From positions 997,573 to 1,037,572 of the forward strand of contig JAUCCE010000002.1 in NCBI GenBank assembly GCA_034676445.1: a stretch of 40,000 nucleotides of DNA, read 5' to 3'. The first letter of the stretch is position 1, and every line of letters begins with the position of its first letter. This DNA is from Aequorivita sp. GTDB taxonomy: Bacteria > Bacteroidota > Bacteroidia > Flavobacteriales > Flavobacteriaceae. A program made the position numbers and the translations under genes. Shown here in pieces: positions 24,574-34,550 of the stretch. Under the pieces are notes generated by a model. The model was not told the DNA's origin. It saw nothing but the letters and a program-made list of their open reading frames with translations, and searched no databases.

Positions 24574-26241
24574 TTAGAACAGACCTTCAATAATTCCATC
24601 TTTATCAATGCTAATCCTTTCGGCGGCCGGGGTAGTTGGTAATCCTGGCATCCGCAGCATACTACCCGCAATGGGAATAATAAATCCGGCACCCGTTGCT
24701 ATTTCAAACTCTCTTATATAAATATCGAAATGCTCGGGCCGTCCCACTAACTTCTGGTCATCACTAAAACTTTTTTCTGTTTTCGCTATACATACAGGTA
24801 AACCTCCATAGCCCATTGCTTCATATTTATTCAATTGCGAGATAGCCAAATCACTTAAAACCACATTTTCTCCTCCATAAATGGTTTGACATATCTTTTC
24901 CATTTTGGTTTCTATGTTGTCATCGAGATTGTAGGTGGGCTGAAATTGGTTGACACAAGAATTTGCGGCCTTTATAACTTCTCCAGCCAAAGCCAAACAC
25001 CCGTTTCCTCCTTTTTCCCAACCGGAGCTCAAGGCTACGGGAATGCCCAATTTTTCACAATGGTCCTCCACGACTTTTATTTCAGCTTCCGTATCAGATT
25101 TAAAGGCGTTTATGGAAACCACAATAGGAATACCAAAACTTTTTAGGCTGGCAATATGTCCATCCAAATTGGGAAGTCCTCTTTTAAGAGCTTCTACATC
25201 CTCTTGGGTAATTTCTTTTAACGATTTTCCGCCGTGATATTTTAAGGCTCTTATGGTAGCAACCAGGACCACGGTTTTAGGAGAAATCCCAGCTGCGCGA
25301 CATTTAATATTCAAAAACTTCTCTGCGCCAAGATCGGAGCCGAATCCAGCTTCGGTTATTGTATAATCGCTAAGGGTCATCCCCATTTTTGTGGCTACAA
25401 TAGAATTCGTTCCTTGTGCAATATTGGCAAAAGGGCCACCGTGGATAATTGCGGGATTTCCTTCCAGGGTTTGAACCAAATTAGGTTTTATAGCATCTTT
25501 CAGCAGTACGGCCATAGCGCCCTGTGCATTTAGATCTCTTGCGAATATCGGCTTTCCTTCAAAGGTATCGCCCACATAAATATTCCCACATCTTTCTTTT
25601 AAGTCTTCTAAATCGGAGGCCATACACAGAATCGCCATAATCTCGGAGGCTGCAGTAATATTAAAACCCGTTTCTCTTGAAACTCCGCCAGCGCCTCCGC
25701 CAAATGCGGTCTGGATATTCCGCAGAGCGCGATCATTCATATCCATACAGCGTTTCCAAACTACAGTTTTAGGATCAATGCCAAGGGTTCTCGATTTACT
25801 TTGAATATTATTTTCTATAAGAGCAGAAAGAAGGTTGTTGGCTTTTTCTATCGCGTGGAAATCTCCCGTAAAATGCAAGTTGATATCCACCATAGGAATA
25901 ACCTGGCTCCACCCGCCACCGGCAGCGCCACCTTTAATGCCAAATACGGGCCCCAAACTAGGTTCCCTAATTACCGCAACGGCTTTCTTGTTTAAAATAT
26001 TGAGCGCATCCACAAGGCCTATAGAAGTTGTTGTTTTTCCTTCGCCGGGAGGAGTTGGCGTAATTGCAGTAACTAAAATGAGATTGTTCTCTTTTATTTT
26101 TTCCTCATCAATAATTTCTAAAGGAATTTTTGCTTTGTCATTCCCGTAATACTCCAGCTTCTCTTCAGGAATTGCCAATTTTGCCGCTATTTCTCGAATG
26201 TGCTTAGGGGTAACACTTTGTGCAATCTGTATTTCTGTCAT
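24574..26241 (-). CDS. fhs: formate--tetrahydrofolate ligase
   Basis: 555-aa ORF; TPTPPGEGKTTTSIGL P-loop and full-length collinearity with FTHFS. Confidence 0.95.
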   Translation of the reverse strand: MTEIQIAQSVTPKHIREIAAKLAIPEEKLEYYGNDKAKIPLEIIDEEKIKENNLILVTAITPTPPGEGKTTTSIGLVDALNILNKKAVAVIREPSLGPVFGIKGGAAGGGWSQVIPMVDINLHFTGDFHAIEKANNLLSALIENNIQSKSRTLGIDPKTVVWKRCMDMNDRALRNIQTAFGGGAGGVSRETGFNITAASEIMAILCMASDLEDLKERCGNIYVGDTFEGKPIFARDLNAQGAMAVLLKDAIKPNLVQTLEGNPAIIHGGPFANIAQGTNSIVATKMGMTLSDYTITEAGFGSDLGAEKFLNIKCRAAGISPKTVVLVATIRALKYHGGKSLKEITQEDVEALKRGLPNLDGHIASLKSFGIPIVVSINAFKSDTEAEIKVVEDHCEKLGIPVALSSGWEKGGNGCLALAGEVIKAANSCVNQFQPTYNLDDNIETKMEKICQTIYGGENVVLSDLAISQLNKYEAMGYGGLPVCIAKTEKSFSDDQKLVGRPEHFDIYIREFEIATGAGFIIPIAGSMLRMPGLPTTPAAERISIDKDGIIEGLF

Positions 26242-26691
26242 AGAATTATTGTTTTAATAAGTGGAATAAAGGTAAAGTTTCAGCAAACGAAATTATATGA
26301 CGATTGTCATCCCCCTCAGACCGACCGAAGACTTTAAAGATCCCAACATTAAGCCTAAGAACTACGCAGATTAAAATATTGGATAGTTTCGGGATTTTTG
26401 CCGTGCAGCTCAATGATACTGCTTAAAATTCCTACGAACACAGTTTGTGGTTATTCAGTTAATTAATTCCACTTACCGCTTTTTATAAATAGTTATAAGG
26501 GTTTTCAATTATTGAAAAAAGAGGATTAAATGCATATTGAATAAATTGAAAAAAGCTTTTCCCAACCGAAAAGATGACTTCCAACCCTTAATAGGAATGG
26601 GGAATTCGGAGTATAAGGCAAAAAAAAATCTCAGACTTTCGTAAATTTACTTATCAATGGGAGGACGAGATGATACAAAAAAGATTGTTTC

Positions 26692-27260
26692 TTGGTTCCA
26701 ATGAAGATTGGGAACTCTAAAGTAAAACCAATGAGAAATGACCTTAACAAATATCGAAAACGAGACCCACGATTAAACTACCGTGGATCGTCTCCTTCAA
26801 GAATGGACAATTTGACGGATGCAGTATTTGGAATTGCAATCGCATTGGTGGTTTTTTATGTTTATCCTCTTCGCTTCCTCTCCCTTTTTTAACTAGTATC
26901 TTTTTTCAAGTCGATGTGGGATTGATTATTGAAGAAAGTCAAATGCCTTATTTAATGATTTATTACGGCTTTGTTCTTTTCGCCTTGAATTTCGTGCTTT
27001 TCTTTTTCTATTATATAGCATACCGAAATGGAGAAAAATTAGATTTGAGTCCATTCGAAATTTTCAACACAAGATTACAAATGATCAAACTCGTAATCAT
27101 ATTTACGATTCCTCTTATTTCAATTCTTGTTACAATAATTTTTATGAATCATTCGTCAGCATTAGTAACGACTCTAGGTGGTTTAGCCTATTTTCTGTAT
27201 GGTCCTACTATTTTCATTTGGTCTCGGGGATATAAGAAAAAATCGAAAGCGTGGAATTAG
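26692..27260 (+). pseudogene. DUF1211/TMEM175-like membrane protein split into two frames (26692-26892 and 26916-27260)
   Basis: The first ORF carries the family N-terminal signature RMDNLTDAVFGIAIALVV and stops 12 codons later. A second multi-TM ORF continues in another frame. T6 run at 26852-26857. Confidence 0.35.
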
Positions 27261-27299
27261 TATCGGAATAGGTCATTTCCGAACGGGCCTTAAAAAATA

Positions 27300-27335
27300 A
27301 AAACCCTCCCAACGCGAATTGGGACGGTTTTTATT
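27300..27335. terminator. possible bidirectional stem-loop terminator between convergent genes
   Basis: ccctcccaa (27304-27312) / ttgggacgg (27319-27327), flanked by an A-run upstream and a T-run downstream. Confidence 0.4.
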
Positions 27336-27356
27336 CATTTTTTAAATATTTCTTAC

Positions 27357-27590
27357 TCAGTGCCTCTTTCCAGTTAAGCCAAATATTTTATTGACAACCT
27401 TAAGATAGAAGGCTCTTTTTATAAATGCACCAACTGTTCCGGCAATCAAGTTTATTGGAGAAAAAGTTTCACTTATTGTATCCTTGGCATTCCTTATACT
27501 AAGTTTAAATTCCTCTTTATCTATCTTCGATTTAAGCCGTAGATATTTTAGATCGGTTTCTATTTCTTCAAAACTGGTATAATGTTTCAT
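27357..27590 (-). CDS. hypothetical small protein (77 aa), last gene of the YtxH operon
   Basis: ORF co-oriented and closely spaced with the two upstream genes; no motif recognised. Confidence 0.5.
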   Translation of the reverse strand: MKHYTSFEEIETDLKYLRLKSKIDKEEFKLSIRNAKDTISETFSPINLIAGTVGAFIKRAFYLKVVNKIFGLTGKRH

Positions 27591-27669
27591 TCGTATCTAA
27601 ATATTTGATTTTAAGGAAATCGAAAGTTCCTTATTTCAATGGTGAAATACTTGGCAAGCATTTTTGAAG

Positions 27670-28113
27670 TTATTCTAAAATACTTTCATCTTTCATTAAT
27701 TTCTCTTCCTGAAGAGCAGTGAACTCCACAACCTCTCGTCGGGCAAGGTCTTTGGGATCAATATCATCTTCGTCGTAAAATAATCCGGAAAATTTATGAA
27801 GCATGCCCCGCTCGATGAGTTTTCTTCCATAGACAAACATAAAAATCAGGACTATTCCATAAAAGCCTCCGATCAGCAAAAACCCCACAAACGTCTGCTC
27901 AAACAGGGTTCCCAACCATAAGGCCGCCCCAATTGAAAGGAAAAGCATTACGAATAGGGAAAGACTTCCATATACCAATAGATTAACCAAAGATATAGCG
28001 CCCTTCATTGAGGATTTGAACAAGCGGAGTTTGTAATACTCCATAGTGCTCAGTCCGAAATCCTCAATTCGATCGGTTACGTTGTGTAAACTTCTGGAAA
28101 TGTCCTCAAACAT
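27670..28113 (-). CDS. membrane protein (holin-X/DUF1469-like, 147 aa)
   Basis: Two central TM helices. Synteny with a YtxH gene is typical of Bacteroidota as I recall. Start is 3 nt after the upstream stop. Confidence 0.6.
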   Translation of the reverse strand: MFEDISRSLHNVTDRIEDFGLSTMEYYKLRLFKSSMKGAISLVNLLVYGSLSLFVMLFLSIGAALWLGTLFEQTFVGFLLIGGFYGIVLIFMFVYGRKLIERGMLHKFSGLFYDEDDIDPKDLARREVVEFTALQEEKLMKDESILE

Positions 28114-28115
28114 TA

Positions 28116-28493
28116 CTATAGAGTAGTTTTTTGGGCTGTGGTTTTAACTTGGTCCACTTTTGTATCAATTTGAAGCTTGGCGTTTTGTTTTCTCAAAGCC
28201 TCCAATTTGTCTTCCATTGCCAATAAGATTTCATCAGCCTTATAACTAGCAGAAGAAAGGGTTTCGCTAAGTTTTTCTTCAAAACTCAACCTTGCCATCT
28301 GAGCTTTTTCACTAAGATTTTGACTAGTTTCCTTAAACTGTTTGCTCAGTCTTTTTTGGGTTTTTTTTGCCTCTTTACTGAGTTTGTCCCGTGTTTCTGA
28401 ACCTTTGTCCGGAGCATAAAGTATTCCTAATCCTGCTCCTATTACTACTCCTGTTAAAAGTGCAATTAAGGTTTGACCTGTATTTGATGCCAT
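28116..28493 (-). CDS. YtxH-domain protein
   Basis: From ATG 28493: MASNTGQTLIALLTGVVIGAGLGILYAPDKGSETRDKL... is the YtxH N-terminal signature; coiled-coil rest. Confidence 0.75.
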   Translation of the reverse strand: MASNTGQTLIALLTGVVIGAGLGILYAPDKGSETRDKLSKEAKKTQKRLSKQFKETSQNLSEKAQMARLSFEEKLSETLSSASYKADEILLAMEDKLEALRKQNAKLQIDTKVDQVKTTAQKTTL

Positions 28494-28817
28494 AATTCTA
28501 TTTTTTATAGTGGTTAATAATGTCAAAGATAGGCAACCAGCGCTCCTCTAGTTGTTAACAAGCGGTTAATAAAGACTCCCCAATACACAAGAAAACCTTA
28601 AAAATTTCAATAAAATTCAATGTATTAAACAAATAGGGAAATGCCATCTCCATAATCTGTTATAAAACCAGTAATCTTCAAATGGCAGTTGACAGATTCA
28701 TCAGAATGAAGGATAATTTTCAGGATTAAACCATCTATAGTAAATACGATGAAGTCCAATAAAAATAGTTTCGCAATATACGGTTATAGAAAAAATATCC
28801 TTCCTCGTAAAGATGTT

Positions 28818-30497
28818 CTATTCCGAAATCTTTGCCCAGGAATCACGTAATGGGACGGTGCGATTGAAAATAATATTGTCCGGACTCGAATCACGGTCTA
28901 TCACAAAATAACCCAATCTCTGAAATTGGAACTTATCCTCAGCTACTGCAGTTTTTACACTAGGTTCCGCATATCCTGTGACGACGGTCAAAGATTCTGG
29001 GTTTACAAATTCCATAAATCCCTTTTCTTTAACAGTATCTGGAGATGCTTCGGTAAAAAGCCGATCGTATAAACGCACTTCAACAGGAATGGCATGCTCG
29101 GCAGAGACCCAATGCAAAGTTCCTTTCACTTTTCGCAAAGATGCTTCAGAACCGCTTCCACTTTTACTATCGGGATCGTAGGTGCAATGGATTTCGGTGA
29201 TATTTCCTTCTGAATCCTTAACTACACTTTCACCTTTAATTATATAGGCGTTTTTAAGTCGGACCTCTTTTCCAATGGTCAATCTAAAAAATTTCCGGTT
29301 TGCTTCTTCCAAAAAATCATCCCTCTCTATCAACAATTCTCTAGAAAATGGCACTTCACGATATCCTGCACTTTCATCCTCTTGATTGTTTTCGGCTTCA
29401 AGCATTTCGGTTTTCCCTTCGGGATAATTGTCAATTATAAGTTTGACAGGATCCAATACGACCATAATTCGCGGTACTTTTTTGTTCAAGTCTTCACGCA
29501 CATTGAATTCCAAATGGGAAACATCAATAAGGTTCTCGCGTTTTCCAACTCCGATGCTATCTGCAAAATTTCTAATGGATTCTGGGGTATAACCTCTTCG
29601 GCGCAATCCAGAAATAGTAGGCATTCTGGGATCATCCCAACCGGTAACAACTCCAGCAGCTACCAGTTCGGCAAGTTTTCGTTTGCTAACAACGGTATGA
29701 CTGAGATTTCTGCGGGCAAATTCACGCTGTTTAGGGCGCAATTTATCATCATCGACCACTTGGTCAAGGAACCAATCGTAAAGCTCTCTATGGGGCAGGA
29801 ATTCAAGCGTACAAAAGGAATGTGATACCTGTTCTATATAATCGCTCTCACCGTGGGTCCAATCGTACATTGGAAAGATTTTCCAATCTGTTCCCGTACG
29901 ATGGTGGGTTTTGTTTACAGTTCTATACATAACTGGGTCCCGCATCAACATGTTTGGCGATTCCATATTGATTTTTGCTCGAAGTACGTGTTCACCTTCT
30001 TTGGTTTCGCCGTTCTTCATCTTTTCGAGCAAATCCAAATTTTCTTCTACAGAACGATCCCTAAACGGGCTTGGTCTTCCTGGGGTATTGGGAGTTCCTT
30101 TCTGTTCTGCAATTGCTTCCGAAGTTTGGGAATCCACATACGCTTTTCCGTCCTTTACCATTTGAACCGCCCAATCGTATAGTTGCTGAAAATAATCGGA
30201 AGCATATCGTTCTTCGGCCCATTTAAAGCCCAACCATTTGATGTCGCGTTTTATGGCATCAACAAATTCCTGCTCTTCTTTGGCAGGATTAGTATCATCA
30301 AACCTCAGATTAACAGGAGCATCGTATTTTAGACCCAAACCAAAGTTTAAGCAAATCGAAGACGCATGCCCTATATGCAAATATCCATTTGGCTCCGGTG
30401 GAAAACGAAAGCATAACTGTTCTCTTTTATATCCTGTTCGTAAGTCTTCCTCTATAATGTGTTCAATAAAATTGAGTGGTGTTGCTTCTTTTTCCAT
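28818..30497 (-). CDS. glnS: glutamine--tRNA ligase
   Basis: 559 aa; class I HIGH (PEPNGYLHIGHA) and VSKRK (KMSKS-type) motifs; full-length GlnRS collinearity. Confidence 0.95.
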   Translation of the reverse strand: MEKEATPLNFIEHIIEEDLRTGYKREQLCFRFPPEPNGYLHIGHASSICLNFGLGLKYDAPVNLRFDDTNPAKEEQEFVDAIKRDIKWLGFKWAEERYASDYFQQLYDWAVQMVKDGKAYVDSQTSEAIAEQKGTPNTPGRPSPFRDRSVEENLDLLEKMKNGETKEGEHVLRAKINMESPNMLMRDPVMYRTVNKTHHRTGTDWKIFPMYDWTHGESDYIEQVSHSFCTLEFLPHRELYDWFLDQVVDDDKLRPKQREFARRNLSHTVVSKRKLAELVAAGVVTGWDDPRMPTISGLRRRGYTPESIRNFADSIGVGKRENLIDVSHLEFNVREDLNKKVPRIMVVLDPVKLIIDNYPEGKTEMLEAENNQEDESAGYREVPFSRELLIERDDFLEEANRKFFRLTIGKEVRLKNAYIIKGESVVKDSEGNITEIHCTYDPDSKSGSGSEASLRKVKGTLHWVSAEHAIPVEVRLYDRLFTEASPDTVKEKGFMEFVNPESLTVVTGYAEPSVKTAVAEDKFQFQRLGYFVIDRDSSPDNIIFNRTVPLRDSWAKISE

Positions 30498-30647
30498 GTA
30501 TGAATTTATAAGACGGCAAATTTACCAAAAAATACCATGCAATGAATTCTAAGGTAAACAAATAGACTTTTATCTGATTTTAGATAAATCCTGCATCCAA
30601 ACCTGCATTTGTATTACTTTTGTCATCTGAAAATTAAAACACGCAAC

Positions 30648-31004
30648 GTGGACAGTATAAAATTAAAAAACATCCGTCTTTATGCCTATCACGGTTGTTT
30701 GGACGAAGAAGGACACATCGGTTCTGACTATGTGGTAAACCTGAAAGTAAAAGCTGATTTGACCAAAGCCTCAAAAAGTGATTCCCTAGCAGATACGGTG
30801 GACTACGTTGAACTCCAAAACATTGTTCGGAACGAAATGGCCATTAGGTCGAAACTTTTGGAACATGTTGCCGATCGAATTATGAATTCAGTTTTAGAAA
30901 AAGTTAATTCGGTAAAAGAAGTGGAAGTCAGCGTTGCCAAAAAGAATCCGCCAATTGGTGGCGATGTGGCCGAAGTGCGCGTAACTATGAAGAAGAAACG
31001 GTAA
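30648..31004 (+). CDS. folB: dihydroneopterin aldolase
   Basis: From GTG 30648: VDSIKLKNIRLYAYHGCLDEEGHIGSDYVVNLKV..., typical FolB; 118 aa. Confidence 0.85.
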   Translation: MDSIKLKNIRLYAYHGCLDEEGHIGSDYVVNLKVKADLTKASKSDSLADTVDYVELQNIVRNEMAIRSKLLEHVADRIMNSVLEKVNSVKEVEVSVAKKNPPIGGDVAEVRVTMKKKR

Positions 31005-31153
31005 ATTTAATTTAAAATCGCCGAATTCAACTTAATCTTTTATATTTGCAATCTGATTGGGGAAATCTCCCTGGAGAGATTCCTACCGAAGTTTATCCTG
31101 AGCCTGCCTACCTGCGGTTAGCAGGCAGGCGAAGCCGAAGGGCAGGAATTTAG

Positions 31154-31224
31154 GGCATCGTGGCCGAGTGGCTAGGCTCAGCTCTGCAAAAGCTGCTACA
31201 GCGGTTCGAATCCGCTCGATGCCT
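31154..31224 (+). tRNA. tRNA-Cys (GCA)
   Basis: Hand-folded cloverleaf: acceptor GGCATCG/CGATGCC, anticodon stem CAGCT/AGCTG with loop CTGCAAA, T arm AGCGG-TTCGAAT-CCGCT, 4-nt variable loop. Confidence 0.9.
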
Positions 31225-31230
31225 CTGAAA

Positions 31231-31259
31231 CCTTCAACTTTTAAGTTGGAGGTTTTTTT
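31231..31259 (+). terminator. rho-independent terminator after tRNA-Cys
   Basis: ccttcaactt / aagttggagg stem followed by T7. Confidence 0.7.
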
Positions 31260-31271
31260 ATTGACAAAATG

Positions 31272-31350
31272 TACAGCGGTTCTCCCGAAGCCTCGGGACG
31301 CTCGATGCCTCAAAACCTTCAACTTACGAGTTGGAGGTTTTTTTTTTTTT
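31272..31350 (+). repeat. partial duplicate of the tRNA-Cys 3' part plus terminator
   Basis: tacagcggttc...gctcgatgcctc + aaccttcaactt-acg-agttggagg + T12 mirrors 31197-31259. The T-loop is replaced by tcccgaagcctcggga. Confidence 0.7.
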
Positions 31351-31546
31351 AAATTTATAGTGACTCTAATTGAGTAGGGAATGCTTCATATTCTTCAAAA
31401 GTAATTTCAAAACTAGATATTTTCCATTTGTCAGGTTGAGCGCAGTCGAAACCTATTGATTGTCAATAACAAATAGTCTGCGACTTTAATTTATCTCGAT
31501 GGAAACCGAAAGGCTTGATTAACTGCTCTTTTGTAGATATCTTCTC

Positions 31547-32260
31547 TTATTGTGGCACATCAACCGGAGGAACCGGCTTTTCCAGAGGTTGTTGTTGCCC
31601 AGGAATTCTTTCAAGTCCCGCTTCCATTCCTTTGGGGAAAATTCCTTGAAACAATAAAATAACACCAAAAACCAAAATTAAAATACTGACCCATTTTTTG
31701 GTTTTGAATATAAACCGAGGGGTCATCCTGTTTTTCAGTCGCTTTGCCAACAACATTTTTAAAAGATCGGTTACAAAAAAAGTAGCCAAAACTGTTACAA
31801 CGAATAACAAAATCCCGTTATCAGTGGAAGTCAATGCATTTGCCATAATTAAAACGCCGATCCAGCCAGCCAAAACTCCAAAATTCACGAAATTTAGAAG
31901 AAAACCCTTTAAGAATAATCCACCAAGATTCTTTTTTACGTTTACGGCGTAATGCTCTCGGACTATTTTAAAGATGGATTTATTGGTTCGGATGTAAGAT
32001 ATGATTCCGTAAGCTATTAAAATTGCTCCTCCAAAAATCAACAATCCAGGATCATGTTTAACCTTTTCCAGTATTTTACTGGTACTGAAAAAAGCAATTA
32101 GAATAAAAAGTATGTCCGCAAATAGAGCTCCCAGATCAAAGAAGATAGCCGCTCTAATACCTTTGGTAATGGCAGTTTCAATCAAGGTGAAAAAAACAGG
32201 TCCAACAGCGAAGGCCATTAAAAATCCATAAAACGCTGCATAGAGTAAGCCGTCAAACAT
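31547..32260 (-). CDS. LysE/RhtB-family amino-acid exporter
   Basis: 237 aa, 6 TM; N-terminus FYGFLMAFAVGPVFFTLIETAITKG fits the LysE-family signature. Confidence 0.8.
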   Translation of the reverse strand: MFDGLLYAAFYGFLMAFAVGPVFFTLIETAITKGIRAAIFFDLGALFADILFILIAFFSTSKILEKVKHDPGLLIFGGAILIAYGIISYIRTNKSIFKIVREHYAVNVKKNLGGLFLKGFLLNFVNFGVLAGWIGVLIMANALTSTDNGILLFVVTVLATFFVTDLLKMLLAKRLKNRMTPRFIFKTKKWVSILILVFGVILLFQGIFPKGMEAGLERIPGQQQPLEKPVPPVDVPQ

Positions 32261-32477
32261 AGTCGGGTAAAAATACGAAGTTTTTTATGATAATATATTG
32301 TGAGGGAGAGATTGTGCTATAAGATGGTGTAATGGTTAAGAAAGGTTATTTCACAGAGGATCGCAGAGAAAGCGCCGAGGTTCACAGATAGTATGGGATT
32401 TTGAATAAAGATCAGACACAATATAAAACTTCTGTCTGTTAATTTTATGAGACCCGCCGAAACGAGTCCTAATATTC

Positions 32478-34550
32478 TCAGTTTTTATTATGCCCCAACA
32501 TCGTAAAATCCAAATGTTTCTTCACTAAATCTGCATTTTTTACTTTTACATAAACTTCATCCCCAAGTCGATATACCTTGTTGGTGCGTTGGCCGATTAC
32601 TGCATATTCATCCCTATCAAATTCATAACGGTCATCTTGCAAATCCTGCAACCGGACCATTCCTTCGCATTTATTGGAAATAATCTCTATATAAATTCCC
32701 CATTCGGTAACTCCTGAAATAACACCCAAGAAATCTTCATCCTTATGATCCTGCATGTATTTTACTTGCATATATTTTACACTGTCCCGCTCTGCATTTG
32801 TGGCCAAGTTTTCCATATCGCTACTATGCGCACATTTTTCCTCATATTCCTCTTGATTAGCGGATTTTCCGTTTTCTAAATAATGCTGCAGAAGTCGGTG
32901 CACCATAATGTCCGGATAACGACGGATGGGTGAAGTAAAGTGGGTATAATAATCAAAAGCAAGTCCGTAGTGACCTATGTTATTGGTTGTGTACAAAGCT
33001 TTGCTCATACTTCGAATGGCGAGTGTATCGATTAAATTCTGTTCCTTTTTTCCTTCAACATCTTTTAAAAGTTTGTTCATAGACGTTGCTGTGGAATGAC
33101 GGTCTTTGGTATTCAACTTATAACCAAAACGCTTTATAATATTTTCCAAAGCGGCAATTTTTTCATCATCCGGTTCGTCGTGCACCCTATAAACAAAAGT
33201 CTTTTTTGGCTGTTGTTTTCCTACGAATTCCGCAACGCTTCTGTTGGCCAAAAGCATAAATTCCTCAATCAATTTATTGGCATCCTTACTTTCCTTAAAG
33301 TAAACACCTTCCGGATTGCTCTTTTCATCCAAAATGAATTTTACTTCAACTTTATCAAATGAAATGGCTCCCGCACGCATCCTTTTTCTACGCAACTTTT
33401 TTGCAAGCGAATCCATTTCCAAAATAGCTTGTGCTATATCGTTTTGAATGGTATAAGATTCATCTGTAATTGAAATATTTGAAGGAATATTATGTATTTC
33501 TTCTGTAGGATTTTCTATGATGTGTTGCGCTTCTTCATAAGAAAAACGTGCATCACTAAGGGTAACCGTTTTACCAAACCATTGGTTTATAACTTCTGAT
33601 TTTTGGTTCATTTCAAATACCGCCGAAAATGTATATTTCTCTTCATTGGGACGAAGCGAACAGGCATTATTTGAAAGAATTTCTGGTAGCATAGGAACAA
33701 CCCTATCTACCAAATAAACAGAAGTTGCACGCTCATAAGCTTCATCGTCCAGATCGTTTCCAGGAGTAACATAATGTGATACATCCGCAATATGAATTCC
33801 TATTTCATAGTTTCCATTATCAAGTTTTTTAAAGGAAAGTGCATCATCAAAATCTTTGGCATCTTTTGGATCTATCGTAAAAGTCAAAACATTCCGCATA
33901 TCGCGACGTTTTTTTATTTCCGAAGCTTTAATGGAAGTATCAATTTTGTTGGCATAATCTTCAACTTCCAACGGAAAATCATACGGAAGACCATATTGGG
34001 CAAGGATAGAATGGATTTCAGTATTGTGTTCTCCTGGCATTCCAAGAACTTTAATAACACTACCAAAAGGAGAATCGGCTTTTTCTGGCCAATCTTCCAT
34101 TGCCACCAATACTTTTTCACCGTTTTTAGCTCCGTTTATTTTATTCTTCGGAATAAAAATATCGGTGTACATTTTATAGTCGGTAACATCAACAAAGGCG
34201 AAATTTTCCTGCACCTGGATAGTTCCCACAAATTCGGTTCGTTTCCGTTCAATAATTTTGGTTACCTCTCCTTCAGACTTACCGCCCTTTTTACGCTTAA
34301 AGACATAAACTTCAACAATATCCCCATTAAGAGCTTTGTTCAGATTTTTACTGCTCACATAAATATCCTCCTCTAAATCCTCAACAATAATATAACCTTG
34401 GCCACGGCCAGCAATATCAACTCTTCCTGTATAATAGTTTTGTGAAGGCGTAAGAATATATTTGCCCCGTTCAATTTCCTGAATGCTTCCTTTACCTTGT
34501 AAATCCTTAAGTTTTTTTATGATTTGATTCCTGCTGCTGGCATCATCCAA
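32478..34550 (-). CDS. rnr: ribonuclease R (in-frame part; apparent native N-terminus up to 34674 is out of frame)
   Basis: RNB catalytic domain (DPKDAKDFDDAL, HFTSPIRRYPD), cold-shock-like and C-terminal S1 domains. See the finding on the A10 tract at 34648-34657. Confidence 0.9.
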   Translation of the reverse strand: MDDASSRNQIIKKLKDLQGKGSIQEIERGKYILTPSQNYYTGRVDIAGRGQGYIIVEDLEEDIYVSSKNLNKALNGDIVEVYVFKRKKGGKSEGEVTKIIERKRTEFVGTIQVQENFAFVDVTDYKMYTDIFIPKNKINGAKNGEKVLVAMEDWPEKADSPFGSVIKVLGMPGEHNTEIHSILAQYGLPYDFPLEVEDYANKIDTSIKASEIKKRRDMRNVLTFTIDPKDAKDFDDALSFKKLDNGNYEIGIHIADVSHYVTPGNDLDDEAYERATSVYLVDRVVPMLPEILSNNACSLRPNEEKYTFSAVFEMNQKSEVINQWFGKTVTLSDARFSYEEAQHIIENPTEEIHNIPSNISITDESYTIQNDIAQAILEMDSLAKKLRRKRMRAGAISFDKVEVKFILDEKSNPEGVYFKESKDANKLIEEFMLLANRSVAEFVGKQQPKKTFVYRVHDEPDDEKIAALENIIKRFGYKLNTKDRHSTATSMNKLLKDVEGKKEQNLIDTLAIRSMSKALYTTNNIGHYGLAFDYYTHFTSPIRRYPDIMVHRLLQHYLENGKSANQEEYEEKCAHSSDMENLATNAERDSVKYMQVKYMQDHKDEDFLGVISGVTEWGIYIEIISNKCEGMVRLQDLQDDRYEFDRDEYAVIGQRTNKVYRLGDEVYVKVKNADLVKKHLDFTMLGHNKN

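Noticed and set aside
28978-30552. Plus-strand ORFs antisense to glnS (28978-29181, 29382-29825, 29853-30182, 29911-30165, 30238-30552), and similar antisense ORFs in fhs, rnr and gltX.
   Set aside because: They lie entirely within long, confidently identified housekeeping genes on the opposite strand and carry no motifs.
31083-31377. ORFs 31083-31322 (-) and 31168-31377 (+).
   Set aside because: They overlap tRNA-Cys, its terminator and the duplicated tRNA fragment.
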